From: Allosphingosinicella sp.
GTDB taxonomy: Bacteria > Pseudomonadota > Alphaproteobacteria > Sphingomonadales > Sphingomonadaceae
Assembly (NCBI GenBank): GCA_036386495.1
Contig: DASVVP010000129.1
Coordinates: 3,464 to 67,463, forward strand
Direction of reading: 5' to 3'
Length of the DNA stretch: 64,000 nucleotides
Positions 10,450-19,420 of the stretch are shown one piece after another (the first letter of the stretch is position 1; every line of letters begins with the position of its first letter). The notes beneath the pieces are model-generated. The model ran no database searches. It was not told the origin of the DNA and saw only the letters and a program-made list of their open reading frames with translations. The position numbers and the translations under genes are program-made.

Positions 10450-11550
10450 ATGGATGCTACGACGACCCGGCCGGCGGAGGGCGCGCACCACCGCGCCTTC
10501 GCCTTCACCGGCACCTGGCAGGAATTCCTGCCGATCGCGCTCACCAACCTGCTGCTGACGATCGTGACGCTCGGCATCTACCGCTTCTGGGCGAAGGCGC
10601 GGGAGCGGCAATATTTCTGGAGCCGGACGCGGCTCGTCGACGACCATCTCGAATGGACCGGCACCGGCAAGGAGATGTTCCTCGGCTTCCTGATGGTCTT
10701 CGCCGCCCTGATCCCGATCGTGCTCCTCCTGATCTTCGCGGCGCGGCTGGTGACCGAGGGCAACGATCTCGGCAAGGCGGTCGGCATCGCCCTGTTCCTG
10801 CTGATCTACGGCGGCTTCTTCTACATGACGGGAGTCGCCGCTTTGCGGGCGCTGCGCTACCGGCTGAGCCGCACCTACTGGCACGGCATCCGCGGCGGCA
10901 GCGACGACGGCGGCTGGGGCTACGGCGTCCAATATATGTGGCGGACCTGGGTGACCGCGCTCGCCCTGTTCGTGCCTCTGCCCTGGGCGCAGACGCGACT
11001 GTGGAACGCGCGCTTCAACAAGATGAGCTTCGGCCAGCACCGCTTCCACGCCGATGCCACCGCGGAGGGCCTCTTCAAGCGCTGGCTGCTCCTCTACGCG
11101 GTGATCGGCGTGGTCATCGCGATCTTCGTCCTCATCGCGCTCGCCATGCCGAAGGCCGGGGCCCGGCCGGATATGAACGACATCATGAACTTCGGCATGG
11201 GCATGATGATCGCGGTGCTCGTCCTCTACATCGGCCTGCCGATCGCGGCGCTCGCTTATTACGCGGCTTATTACCGGCGCGTCGCAGGGGCGACGACGAT
11301 CGCGGGCCTCCGTTTCCGCTTCACCGCGGGCACCGCCGACTGGCTGCTGCTCTTCCTCGGCCATATCGGCCTGGTGATGGCGACGCTCGGCTTCGGGCTG
11401 CTCTTCATCAGCTACCGCAACTACAGGTTCGCGGTCCGGCATCTCGACCTGGACGGCGAGATCGACGTGGCCGCCCTGGCCCAATCCTCGACTCGCTCGC
11501 CGACCGACGCGGAGGGCCTCGCCGACGCGTTCGACATCGGCGCGATCTGA
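10450..11550 (+). CDS. YjgN / DUF898 family inner-membrane protein
   Basis: FTG..E...[17 protein letters not shown] signature; multiple TM helices. Confidence 0.88.
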   Translation: MDATTTRPAEGAHHRAFAFTGTWQEFLPIALTNLLLTIVTLGIYRFWAKARERQYFWSRTRLVDDHLEWTGTGKEMFLGFLMVFAALIPIVLLLIFAARLVTEGNDLGKAVGIALFLLIYGGFFYMTGVAALRALRYRLSRTYWHGIRGGSDDGGWGYGVQYMWRTWVTALALFVPLPWAQTRLWNARFNKMSFGQHRFHADATAEGLFKRWLLLYAVIGVVIAIFVLIALAMPKAGARPDMNDIMNFGMGMMIAVLVLYIGLPIAALAYYAAYYRRVAGATTIAGLRFRFTAGTADWLLLFLGHIGLVMATLGFGLLFISYRNYRFAVRHLDLDGEIDVAALAQSSTRSPTDAEGLADAFDIGAI

Positions 11551-12597
11551 ATGGAGCGGGGCTGGCTCTACGACGGCGCCACCGCCGTCCGCCACGAGGT
11601 CGAGGTGGCAGGAGAAAGCGAGGCGATCGCCGTCCGCTACGCCGATGGCGAGACGAGCAAGGTGCCGCGGACGAAGCTCTTCCACATCGACACGCGCGGC
11701 GAATGGGAGGTGTACGGTCACTGCGAGGTGGACGGCTGGCGGCTTGGGGTACCCGCCGCGGCGGCGGCCGGGCTCGGCCCGCTGCTGCCGCGTCGCCGCC
11801 GCTACGGACGCTGGATCGACCGGATCGGCCTTGCCCGCGCTGTGGTCGCGGCCGTGGCCGTCTCCGCCCTCGTCATATTCCTCGCCACCCGCTTCCCGAG
11901 CTGGGTCGCGCCTTATGTGCCGAGATCGTGGGAGGAGAATGTCGGCGGCCCGGTCATGGCCAGCCTCAACGGGCGCTATTGCCACGGCGCCGGCGGCGAC
12001 GCGGCGCTGCGCAAGCTGGCTGCCGCGATCGCTCCCGCTGCCGGCGACCTCGACATCCGCGTCGTCGACATCGGCATCGTCAACGCCGCCGCTCTGCCGG
12101 GCGGCCATATCCTGATCTTCGAGCCGCTGCTCATCGAAGCGGGCGGTCCGGAGGAGGTCGCGGGCGTGCTCGCCCATGAGATCGCCCATGTCGAACGGCG
12201 CCACGTCACCGCGGCGATGATCCGCCAGCTCAGCTTCGGCCTGTTCGTGACAATGGTCGGCGGCGGCACCGGCGCGAACCTCGAGACCTTCCTCAGCGCG
12301 CGCTACAGCCGCGGCGCCGAAGCCGAGGCCGATGCCGACGCGATCGCGGCGCTCGAGCGCGCGCGGATCTCGCCCGGCGGCGCGGCCGTCTTCTTCGACC
12401 GCGTCGCCCGCCGCGAGCGCCGGCTGGGCCCGATCGGCGCCGGCCTCTCCTACATTTCGACCCACCCGGACCCCGGCGTGCGCGCCCGCCGCTTCCTCGC
12501 CAGCGCCGGCCGGAGGAGCGACTGGAAGTCGCCGCTCAGCCCGGAAGAATGGCAGGCGCTGGTCGACATCTGCCGCAACGATCCCGCGCGGCGATGA
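11551..12597 (+). CDS. M48 family zinc metallopeptidase
   Basis: NAAALPGG, LAHEIAH (HExxH), YSRGAEAEAD, STHP. Confidence 0.9.
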   Translation: MERGWLYDGATAVRHEVEVAGESEAIAVRYADGETSKVPRTKLFHIDTRGEWEVYGHCEVDGWRLGVPAAAAAGLGPLLPRRRRYGRWIDRIGLARAVVAAVAVSALVIFLATRFPSWVAPYVPRSWEENVGGPVMASLNGRYCHGAGGDAALRKLAAAIAPAAGDLDIRVVDIGIVNAAALPGGHILIFEPLLIEAGGPEEVAGVLAHEIAHVERRHVTAAMIRQLSFGLFVTMVGGGTGANLETFLSARYSRGAEAEADADAIAALERARISPGGAAVFFDRVARRERRLGPIGAGLSYISTHPDPGVRARRFLASAGRRSDWKSPLSPEEWQALVDICRNDPARR

Positions 12598-13331
12598 CCT
12601 CGACGGAGACGCTGGAGCACGGCGCCGGCCGGCGGATCGCCATCCGGCGGCGCTCGGGGCGGGGGCCGACCCTGATCTTCCTCCCCGGCTACATGTCGGA
12701 CATGGAAGGTGGCAAGGCCACCGCGCTGGACGCCTGGGCGGCTGGGGAAAAGCGGGCGATGGTCCGCTTCGATTATGGCGGCTGCGGCGCGAGCGGCGGC
12801 GAGTTCGAGGCGCAGAGCCTGGACGATTGGGTGGGGGACGCGCTCGCGGTCGTCGAGGGCATCGACGGTCCGGTGGTGCTCGTCGGCTCCTCGATGGGCG
12901 GCTGGCTGATGCTGCTCGCGGCGCTCGCACGGCCGGAGCGGATCGCCGGCCTGGTCGGGATCGCCGCTGCGCCCGACTTCACGGACTGGGGCTATAGCGA
13001 AGACGAGAAGAGCCGCATCCGCGAGGAGGGGCGGATCGAGCAGCCTTCGCCTTATGGCGACGCGCCGACGGTAACCAGCCGCGCCTTCTGGGAGAGCGGC
13101 CAGCGCCGCCTGCTGCTCGGCGGCGAGATCGCGATCGATTGCCCGGTGCGCCTGCTCCACGGCCAGGCGGACGCGGACGTGCCGTGGCGGATCGCCCTCT
13201 CCCTCGCTGAGGGCCTTCGTTCAGCCGACGTGCAGACGATCCTGATCAAGGACGGCGACCACCGCCTGTCGCGCGAACGGGACATTTCGCTCCTGATCGC
13301 GACGGTGCGGGCCCTAGTGGAGAAGATGTGA
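12594..13331 (+). CDS. Alpha/beta hydrolase
   Basis: GSSMGG nucleophile elbow, DGDHRLS; ATGA overlap with upstream gene. Confidence 0.9.
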   Translation: MTSTETLEHGAGRRIAIRRRSGRGPTLIFLPGYMSDMEGGKATALDAWAAGEKRAMVRFDYGGCGASGGEFEAQSLDDWVGDALAVVEGIDGPVVLVGSSMGGWLMLLAALARPERIAGLVGIAAAPDFTDWGYSEDEKSRIREEGRIEQPSPYGDAPTVTSRAFWESGQRRLLLGGEIAIDCPVRLLHGQADADVPWRIALSLAEGLRSADVQTILIKDGDHRLSRERDISLLIATVRALVEKM

Positions 13332-14176
13332 CTCCGATCCAGATCGCCTTCGCCCTCGTCCAGGCGGCCGCCACTCCGCCGCCCGTGACGCCGGCACCCA
13401 CACAGACACCGACACCGACGCTGGCGCAGAGCCGCTTCCGCGCCTGCGCGGAGCAGACGCGGGTAGCGCCGGAGCGGGCGGTCGAGACCGCCAATGCCTG
13501 GCGGGTCGAGGGCGGCGGGCTCGATGCGCGCCAGTGCCTCGGCCTCGCTTATGTCGAGCTGGGCCGGTGGCGCGCGGCCGCGACGGTCTACGAGCAGGCG
13601 GCGCGCGAGGCGGCGACGGCGCAGGATCCGCGCGGCACGATGTTCTGGGTGCAGTCGGGCAATGCCTGGCTCGCCGCCGACGAGGGCACCAAGGCGATCG
13701 AGGCCTTCGATTCGGCCCTGGCCAATCCACAGCTCACCGACGAGCTGAGGGGCGAGGTCCATCTCGACCGCGCCCGCGCGCTCGTCGCCCTTGCCAATCC
13801 GGCCGGCGCGCGGACAGACATCGACCGCGCACTGCAGCTGGTCCCGTCAGACCCGATGGCCTGGTATCTGTCGGCGGCTCTCGCTGCGCGGCAGGACCAG
13901 CTCCCCCGCGCCGCGACCGACATCGCCCGCGCCCGCCAGCTCGCCGCCAACGATCCCGACGTCCTGCTCCTCGCCGGCACGATCGCCGGACTGCAGGGCA
14001 ACGGCGCCGAGGCCGAGCGGCTCTACCGCCAGGTCGCGGCGGCCGCGCCCGATACCGACGCCGGCCGCCGCGCCGCCGCCGCGCTCGGATCGGCCCGCGA
14101 CGGCCCGGCCGGGACTGCGCGTGTGCCGGCGACCACCTCGCCGCCGCCGCCAACGCGCCCCGCGCAGGGCCGCTGA
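13328..14176 (+). CDS. Tetratricopeptide-repeat protein, probably exported
   Basis: Helical TPR-like repeats (CLGLAY, GNAWLA, DRARAL); Pro/Thr-rich N-terminal linker. Confidence 0.75.
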   Translation: MTPIQIAFALVQAAATPPPVTPAPTQTPTPTLAQSRFRACAEQTRVAPERAVETANAWRVEGGGLDARQCLGLAYVELGRWRAAATVYEQAAREAATAQDPRGTMFWVQSGNAWLAADEGTKAIEAFDSALANPQLTDELRGEVHLDRARALVALANPAGARTDIDRALQLVPSDPMAWYLSAALAARQDQLPRAATDIARARQLAANDPDVLLLAGTIAGLQGNGAEAERLYRQVAAAAPDTDAGRRAAAALGSARDGPAGTARVPATTSPPPPTRPAQGR

Positions 14177-14186
14177 TCCGCCGACT

Positions 14187-15218
14187 TTATTCGCCGCCGC
14201 GCAGCAATGCAGTACGGTGCCGTGTCAGCCAGGCGGCGACGCTGTCGCGCGGCAGGCGCGGAGATTTGACCGCCGCGAAAGCGACGAACGCATCGCGGTA
14301 GCGCAGCCAGGCGCGCTGCGCGTCGCGGATTCCGACGGCCGTGACGGTGCCGGTGGGCTCGCCCTGCACCGCGCGCAGGGACTCGCGATAGGCAAGGTTC
14401 AGATCCGCGTCGGCGGCGCGGTATTGCGCTGCGCTCGAAACCGGCGCGGTCCGCGCCTCGAGATGCCGAAGCATGGCGATGAACTCGGTCCGCAGCGCCT
14501 CCTGCGCACTGACATACAGCGCGTTGCGAAGGGTCCCGCTCATGTCCACCTCGCCCTCGGCATGCGCCTCCACATAGGCTTCGAACGCCTGCCGGAGCGG
14601 CGCGAAGGCTTCGCGCTCGGCCGCGGTCCAGCCGGAAAGGAGTCGCGCGAGCTCCGCGTCGCGGCGGGCGCCGTCGATCTGCGCGCGGTGTCCCGCGCAA
14701 ACGCCCCCCGAAATGCCGCTGGTGATGTCGTCGCAATAATGGAAGTCGGAACCGGACCAGCCCTGCGCCCGCAATTCGGCAAGGTGAGAGACCCGGCCGT
14801 GCGATTCGGCCGGCGCTCCGTCCAGGCCGCAGGCGAGGTGGATCGCCACCTCCAGATCCCGCCGCGCGCCGACGCCGTTGGCGTAGATCGTCATCAGCAT
14901 CGCCCGGCCCGCGAAGGGATGGTCGGCGCCCTCCGCCGCTTCGGTGAAGGCGCAGAGCCTCGCCTGCTCGGGATCGGCGGGCCGACCGATGCCGTAATAG
15001 AGCGCTTCGGAGCTGCAACCCGCGAGCGACCGGGCTTGCGCCGGGGCCGGCCGGTCCGCCGGCGGCGCCTCGCGGCCGCGCAGTTGCCGACAGAGCGCCT
15101 TGCTCGTCTCATATTCCGGCGAGTTGGCCCATTCGGCATCGAAATCGGCCCAGTCCTGCGGTTGAACGGCCGCGACGAGAATGGCGGCGAGCGCGGCGAC
15201 GAGGAGCCTGGTTTTCAT
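14187..15218 (-). CDS. Secreted LprI/DUF1311 (lysozyme-inhibitor-like) domain protein with Sel1-like segment
   Basis: Signal peptide; ADADLNLAY...IRDAQRAWLRYRDA; IYANGVGARRD Sel1-like motif. Confidence 0.75.
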   Translation of the reverse strand: MKTRLLVAALAAILVAAVQPQDWADFDAEWANSPEYETSKALCRQLRGREAPPADRPAPAQARSLAGCSSEALYYGIGRPADPEQARLCAFTEAAEGADHPFAGRAMLMTIYANGVGARRDLEVAIHLACGLDGAPAESHGRVSHLAELRAQGWSGSDFHYCDDITSGISGGVCAGHRAQIDGARRDAELARLLSGWTAAEREAFAPLRQAFEAYVEAHAEGEVDMSGTLRNALYVSAQEALRTEFIAMLRHLEARTAPVSSAAQYRAADADLNLAYRESLRAVQGEPTGTVTAVGIRDAQRAWLRYRDAFVAFAAVKSPRLPRDSVAAWLTRHRTALLRGGE

Positions 15219-15265
15219 GCCCGCGAGCCTAGCCCCATAACGGCGCCGAGAGTAGAAGGCCGGCC

Positions 15266-15682
15266 ATGAAATATCTCCACACGATGCTCCGCGTCTCCGA
15301 CCCGGACGAGACGATCCGCTTCTTCGCGCTGCTCGGCCTTCGCGAGGTGCGGCGGATGGACAATGAGAAGGGGCGGTTCAGCCTGATCTTCCTGGCCGCG
15401 CCGGGCGACGAGCAGGCGCAGATCGAGCTCACCCACAATTGGGACGAGAAGGGATATGGCGAAGGCCGCAATTTCGGCCACGTCGCCTACCGGGTCGACG
15501 ACATTTACGAGACCTGCCGGCGTTTGATGACCGCGGGCGTCACCATCAACAGGCCGCCGCGCGACGGGCACATGGCCTTCGTGCGCTCGCCCGACAATGT
15601 CTCGATCGAGCTGCTCCAGGCCGGCGAAGCGCTGCCGCCGCAGGAGCCTTGGGCGTCGATGGCGAATACAGGGCATTGGTGA
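15266..15682 (+). CDS. gloA: Lactoylglutathione lyase (glyoxalase I, VOC family)
   Basis: YLHTMLRV, IELTHNWD, GRNFGHVAY, SPDNVSIELLQ. Confidence 0.85.
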   Translation: MKYLHTMLRVSDPDETIRFFALLGLREVRRMDNEKGRFSLIFLAAPGDEQAQIELTHNWDEKGYGEGRNFGHVAYRVDDIYETCRRLMTAGVTINRPPRDGHMAFVRSPDNVSIELLQAGEALPPQEPWASMANTGHW

Positions 15683-16737
15683 GCGGCTGGCCCGGCACGC
15701 GCTTCGCCGCGCTCGTCGGATCGCGCCACCCAATCCTGCTCGCTCCTATGGCCGGCGCCGGCGGAGTGGAGCTGTGCGTCGGCGCAGCCGAGGGCGGCGC
15801 CCTGGGCGCGCTCCCCTGCGGCATGTCCAGTCCCGATCAGGTCCGTGAGCAGAGCGCGGCCGTGCGGCGGCGCGCGACCGGCCCGCTCAATCTCAATTTC
15901 TTCTGCCACGCCGCGCCGGGCCCGGTCGACGATACGGCCTGGCGGGCTCTGCTCGATCCCTATCGCCGTGCGTTCGGAGCCCGACCCGGTACCCCGGCCG
16001 CCCTGCGGCGGCCGTTCGATGCCGCGATGTGCGAGACCGTGGAGGCGCTTCGCCCCGAAGTCGTCAGCTTCCATTTCGGCTTGCCGGACGAGCCTCTGCT
16101 GGCGCGGGTGAAGAGCAGCGGAGCCATCGTGGTCGGCAATGCCACGACGGTCGCCGAAGCGCGGTGGCTGGTGGAGCGGGGGGCCGATGCGGTGATCGCG
16201 CAGGGCTGGGAAGCGGGCGGCCATAGCGGCCGCTTCCTCGGCTCCGATCCCGCCGAAGCCATGGGCCTGTTCGCGCTGGTGCCGCAGGTCGCCGACGCCG
16301 TCGACGTGCCAGTGATCGCCGCCGGGGGAATCGGCGACGCGCGCGGCATCGCCGCCGCGCTCAGCCTAGGCGCCGCCGCCGTCCAGCTCGGCACCGCCTA
16401 TCTCCACTGTCCCGAAAGCCTGATCTCGCCTGCGCATCGGGCGAAGCTGGCGAGCGCTCCGACGCGCTTCACCAACCTCTTTACCGGCGGTCTCGCGCGC
16501 GGCATCGCCGGCCGCCTGATGCACGAGCTCGGCGCCATCCGCGAGGAAGCGCCGCCTTATCCCTTGGCCGCCGAGGCGCTGGCGCCGATCCGGGCCGAAG
16601 CCGAGAAATGCGGCGAGTTCGGCTTCGGCCCGATGTGGGCGGGCCAGGCCGCACCGCTCGGCCGAGCGCTTCCGGCCGAGCAGCTCACCCGCGCCCTCGC
16701 CGCAGAAGCGATGGCGATGGCCGGCGGGCGGGCGTAG
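15679..16737 (+). CDS. Nitronate monooxygenase family FMN oxidoreductase
   Basis: PILLAPMAG, VVSFHFGLP, QGWEAGGH, IAAGGIGD; GTGA overlap with gloA. Confidence 0.88.
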   Translation: MSGWPGTRFAALVGSRHPILLAPMAGAGGVELCVGAAEGGALGALPCGMSSPDQVREQSAAVRRRATGPLNLNFFCHAAPGPVDDTAWRALLDPYRRAFGARPGTPAALRRPFDAAMCETVEALRPEVVSFHFGLPDEPLLARVKSSGAIVVGNATTVAEARWLVERGADAVIAQGWEAGGHSGRFLGSDPAEAMGLFALVPQVADAVDVPVIAAGGIGDARGIAAALSLGAAAVQLGTAYLHCPESLISPAHRAKLASAPTRFTNLFTGGLARGIAGRLMHELGAIREEAPPYPLAAEALAPIRAEAEKCGEFGFGPMWAGQAAPLGRALPAEQLTRALAAEAMAMAGGRA

Positions 16738-16747
16738 AAGGGACGCC

Positions 16748-17470
16748 ATGGAGATCGTCCCCGTCCCCGTCCTTTCGGACAATTACGTCTGGCTGGTCCA
16801 CGAGCCCGAATCAGGCGAAACGGTCGCAGTCGATCCTTCCGTGGCGGAGCCGGTGCTGGCGGCGGCGGCGGCGCGCGGCTGGCGCATCACGCAGGTCTGG
16901 AACACCCACTGGCACCCGGACCATACCGGCGGCAACGACGCGATCCGCGTCGCGACCGGCTGCACGGTGACGGGGCCCGGCGAGGCGGAGCGGGTCTCCA
17001 AGATGGACCGCATCGTCGCCGGCGGCGACCGCGCGCGGATCGGTGCGTTCGAAGCGGAGGTGATCGACACACCGGCGCACACCGCCGGCCACATCGCCTT
17101 CCATCTGCCCGAGGCCCACGCAGCCTTCGTCGGCGACACCTTGTTTGCGATGGGCTGTGGGCGGCTGTTCGAAGGGACGGCCGAGCAGATGCACGCCAGT
17201 CTCCAGCGCCTCGCCGCCTTGCCGGGAGAGACGCGCATCTATTGCGGGCACGAATATACGCTGGCCAACGGCGTCTTCGCGCGCGCCGCCGAGCCGGACA
17301 ACGAGGCCGTCGTCCGCCGCCTGGCGGAGGTGCGGGAGGCGCGGGAACGCGGCGAGGTCACGCTGCCGACGTCGATCGCGCTCGAGCTGGAGACCAACCC
17401 GTTCATGCGCGCCGCTTCGGCCGCCGAGCTCGCCGAACGGCGGGCCTGGAAGGACAATTTCCGCGCCTGA
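16748..17470 (+). CDS. gloB: Hydroxyacylglutathione hydrolase (glyoxalase II)
   Basis: DNYVWL, THWHPDHTGG, GDTLFAMGCGR, YCGHEYT. Confidence 0.93.
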   Translation: MEIVPVPVLSDNYVWLVHEPESGETVAVDPSVAEPVLAAAAARGWRITQVWNTHWHPDHTGGNDAIRVATGCTVTGPGEAERVSKMDRIVAGGDRARIGAFEAEVIDTPAHTAGHIAFHLPEAHAAFVGDTLFAMGCGRLFEGTAEQMHASLQRLAALPGETRIYCGHEYTLANGVFARAAEPDNEAVVRRLAEVREARERGEVTLPTSIALELETNPFMRAASAAELAERRAWKDNFRA

Positions 17471-17476
17471 CCGTGC

Positions 17477-19279
17477 TCAGCGGCGGTAGAGCGCGTCCAG
17501 CCGCTCGCCATAGGCCGCCTTGATGACGTGGCGGCGGATCTTGATCGAGGGGGTGAGCTGCTCGTTGTCGGTCGTGAACGGCGCGTCGGCGAGGATGAAG
17601 CGGCGGACCTTCTCGATCACCGAGAGGCCGGCATTGACCCGGTCGACCGCGGTGCCGAGCGCCTTCAGATAATCGGGGTCGTCGCGAAGGGCCGCCGGAG
17701 TCGCCGCCGCCTTCCCGTTCGCCTGCGCCCATTCCTTCGTCCAGTCCGGGTCGGGAACGAGCAGGCCGACGATGTACGGCCTCTTGTCGCCGGTCACCAT
17801 CGCCTGGAGGATCTCGGGCTGCAGCGTCAGCATGCCCTCGATCCGCTGCGGCGCGACATTGTCGCCTTTGTCGAGGACGATGAGGTCCTTCTTGCGGTCG
17901 GTGATCACGATCCGCCCGGCCTCGTCGAGATGGCCGATGTCGCCGGTGTGGAGCCAGCCGTCGACGACGGTGCGCTCGCTCAGCGCCGGATTGCGCCAAT
18001 AGCCGTGCATGACGTTCTCGCCGCGCGCCAGGATCTCGCCGTCCTCGGCGATCCGGACCTCGGTGTTGCGCAGCGGCGGGCCGACCGTGTCCATGCGGAT
18101 CCCGGCCCGGGGGCGGTTGCAGCTGATCACCGGCGCCGATTCGGTCTGGCCGTAGCCCTGCAGGACGGTGAGGCGGAGCGAATGGAAGAAGATGCCGACC
18201 TCGGGATTGAGCGGCGCGCCGCCGGCGACCATCGCCTTCAGCCGGCCGCCGAAGCGGGCGCCGACCTTGCGCCGCAGGGTGCGGTCGAGGATCAGGTCCA
18301 TCGGCTTGTCCCAGGGGGGCACGCGGCCGGTGGCGGACTTGCCGCCGATGTCGAGCGCGCGCTTCATCAGGTAGCGGCCGACCTTCCCCTGCTTCTCGAC
18401 CTGCTTCAGGATGCGCTGGCGCAGCACCTCGAACAGACGCGGCACCACCACCATGATCGTCGGCCTCACCTCCTCGATGTTCGAGGCGAGCTTCTCGATC
18501 CCTTCGGAATAATAGATTTGCGCGCCGAGGCCGACCGGGAACATCTGGCCCCCGCTATGCTCGTAGGCGTGGCTGGCGGGAAGGAAGGAGAGGAAGACCT
18601 CCTCTTCCCAGCCGAAATCCTCGGAGATGATCGCTGTGCAGCCTTCGACATTGTGGAGGATGGCGCCATGGTGCTGCATGACGCCACGCGGCGCGCCCCC
18701 GGTCCCGGAGGTGTAGATGATGCAGGCCAGGTCCTCGCGGCGGAAGCGCGCTGCCGCGGCGGCGCAGGCCTCGACGTCGGCCGGCTCCGCGTCGATCAGC
18801 GCGCGCCACTCGTGCGCCTGGACGCCGCTCGCCTGGCCGATGCCGCTGCGCGCCGCGTCGATTGCGATCACATGCTCGCAGGCCGAGCTGCGGTGCGCGG
18901 CGGGAAGCAGCGGGCGCGCCAGCTTCTGGCTCGAGACGATGACGGCGCGGGCGCCGCTGTCGTCGAGGATGTGCTGGTGGTCGCGCTCCGTATTGGTCGT
19001 GTAGGCGGGAACGGTGACGCAGCCGGCGGCCATGATTCCGAGGTCGGCGATCAGCCATTCCGGCCGGTTTTCGGAAACCAGCATCACCCGGTCGCCCGCC
19101 CCGAGGCCGAGCCGCTTCAGGGCCGCCGCCAGCCGGGCCACCTCCTCCGCCGCTCCCCGCCAGCTCATCGGCTGCCAGGCACCGTCCTTCTTGGCCCACA
19201 GAAAGGGCGCATCGCCCTTTTCGCGGGCACGGGCGAAGAACATGGTGACGAGGTTCGGGAAATATTCGAGCTGCCGCAT
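17477..19279 (-). CDS. Long-chain fatty-acid--CoA ligase (AMP-binding)
   Basis: YTSGTGGAPRG, QGYGQTE, WLHTGDIG, DRKKD. Confidence 0.9.
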   Translation of the reverse strand: MRQLEYFPNLVTMFFARAREKGDAPFLWAKKDGAWQPMSWRGAAEEVARLAAALKRLGLGAGDRVMLVSENRPEWLIADLGIMAAGCVTVPAYTTNTERDHQHILDDSGARAVIVSSQKLARPLLPAAHRSSACEHVIAIDAARSGIGQASGVQAHEWRALIDAEPADVEACAAAAARFRREDLACIIYTSGTGGAPRGVMQHHGAILHNVEGCTAIISEDFGWEEEVFLSFLPASHAYEHSGGQMFPVGLGAQIYYSEGIEKLASNIEEVRPTIMVVVPRLFEVLRQRILKQVEKQGKVGRYLMKRALDIGGKSATGRVPPWDKPMDLILDRTLRRKVGARFGGRLKAMVAGGAPLNPEVGIFFHSLRLTVLQGYGQTESAPVISCNRPRAGIRMDTVGPPLRNTEVRIAEDGEILARGENVMHGYWRNPALSERTVVDGWLHTGDIGHLDEAGRIVITDRKKDLIVLDKGDNVAPQRIEGMLTLQPEILQAMVTGDKRPYIVGLLVPDPDWTKEWAQANGKAAATPAALRDDPDYLKALGTAVDRVNAGLSVIEKVRRFILADAPFTTDNEQLTPSIKIRRHVIKAAYGERLDALYRR

Positions 19280-19420
19280 CTGCCTCCCCAGTCCGGCGCC
19301 TTTTGGCGCTCGGGAAGGCGCTTCTTAGCCGATCCGGGACGCCGCGCCATGCCCGATCGGGCCGTGGACGGGCCGAGGCGCGTTGGCTACGGGCAAAAGA
19401 TCAAGATGAGGCGTCCGGGC

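Noticed and set aside
17528-19420. Apparent 630-aa N-terminal extension of GGT
   Set aside because: It is the antisense of the acyl-CoA ligase gene; the lipoprotein signal peptide places the start at 19421.
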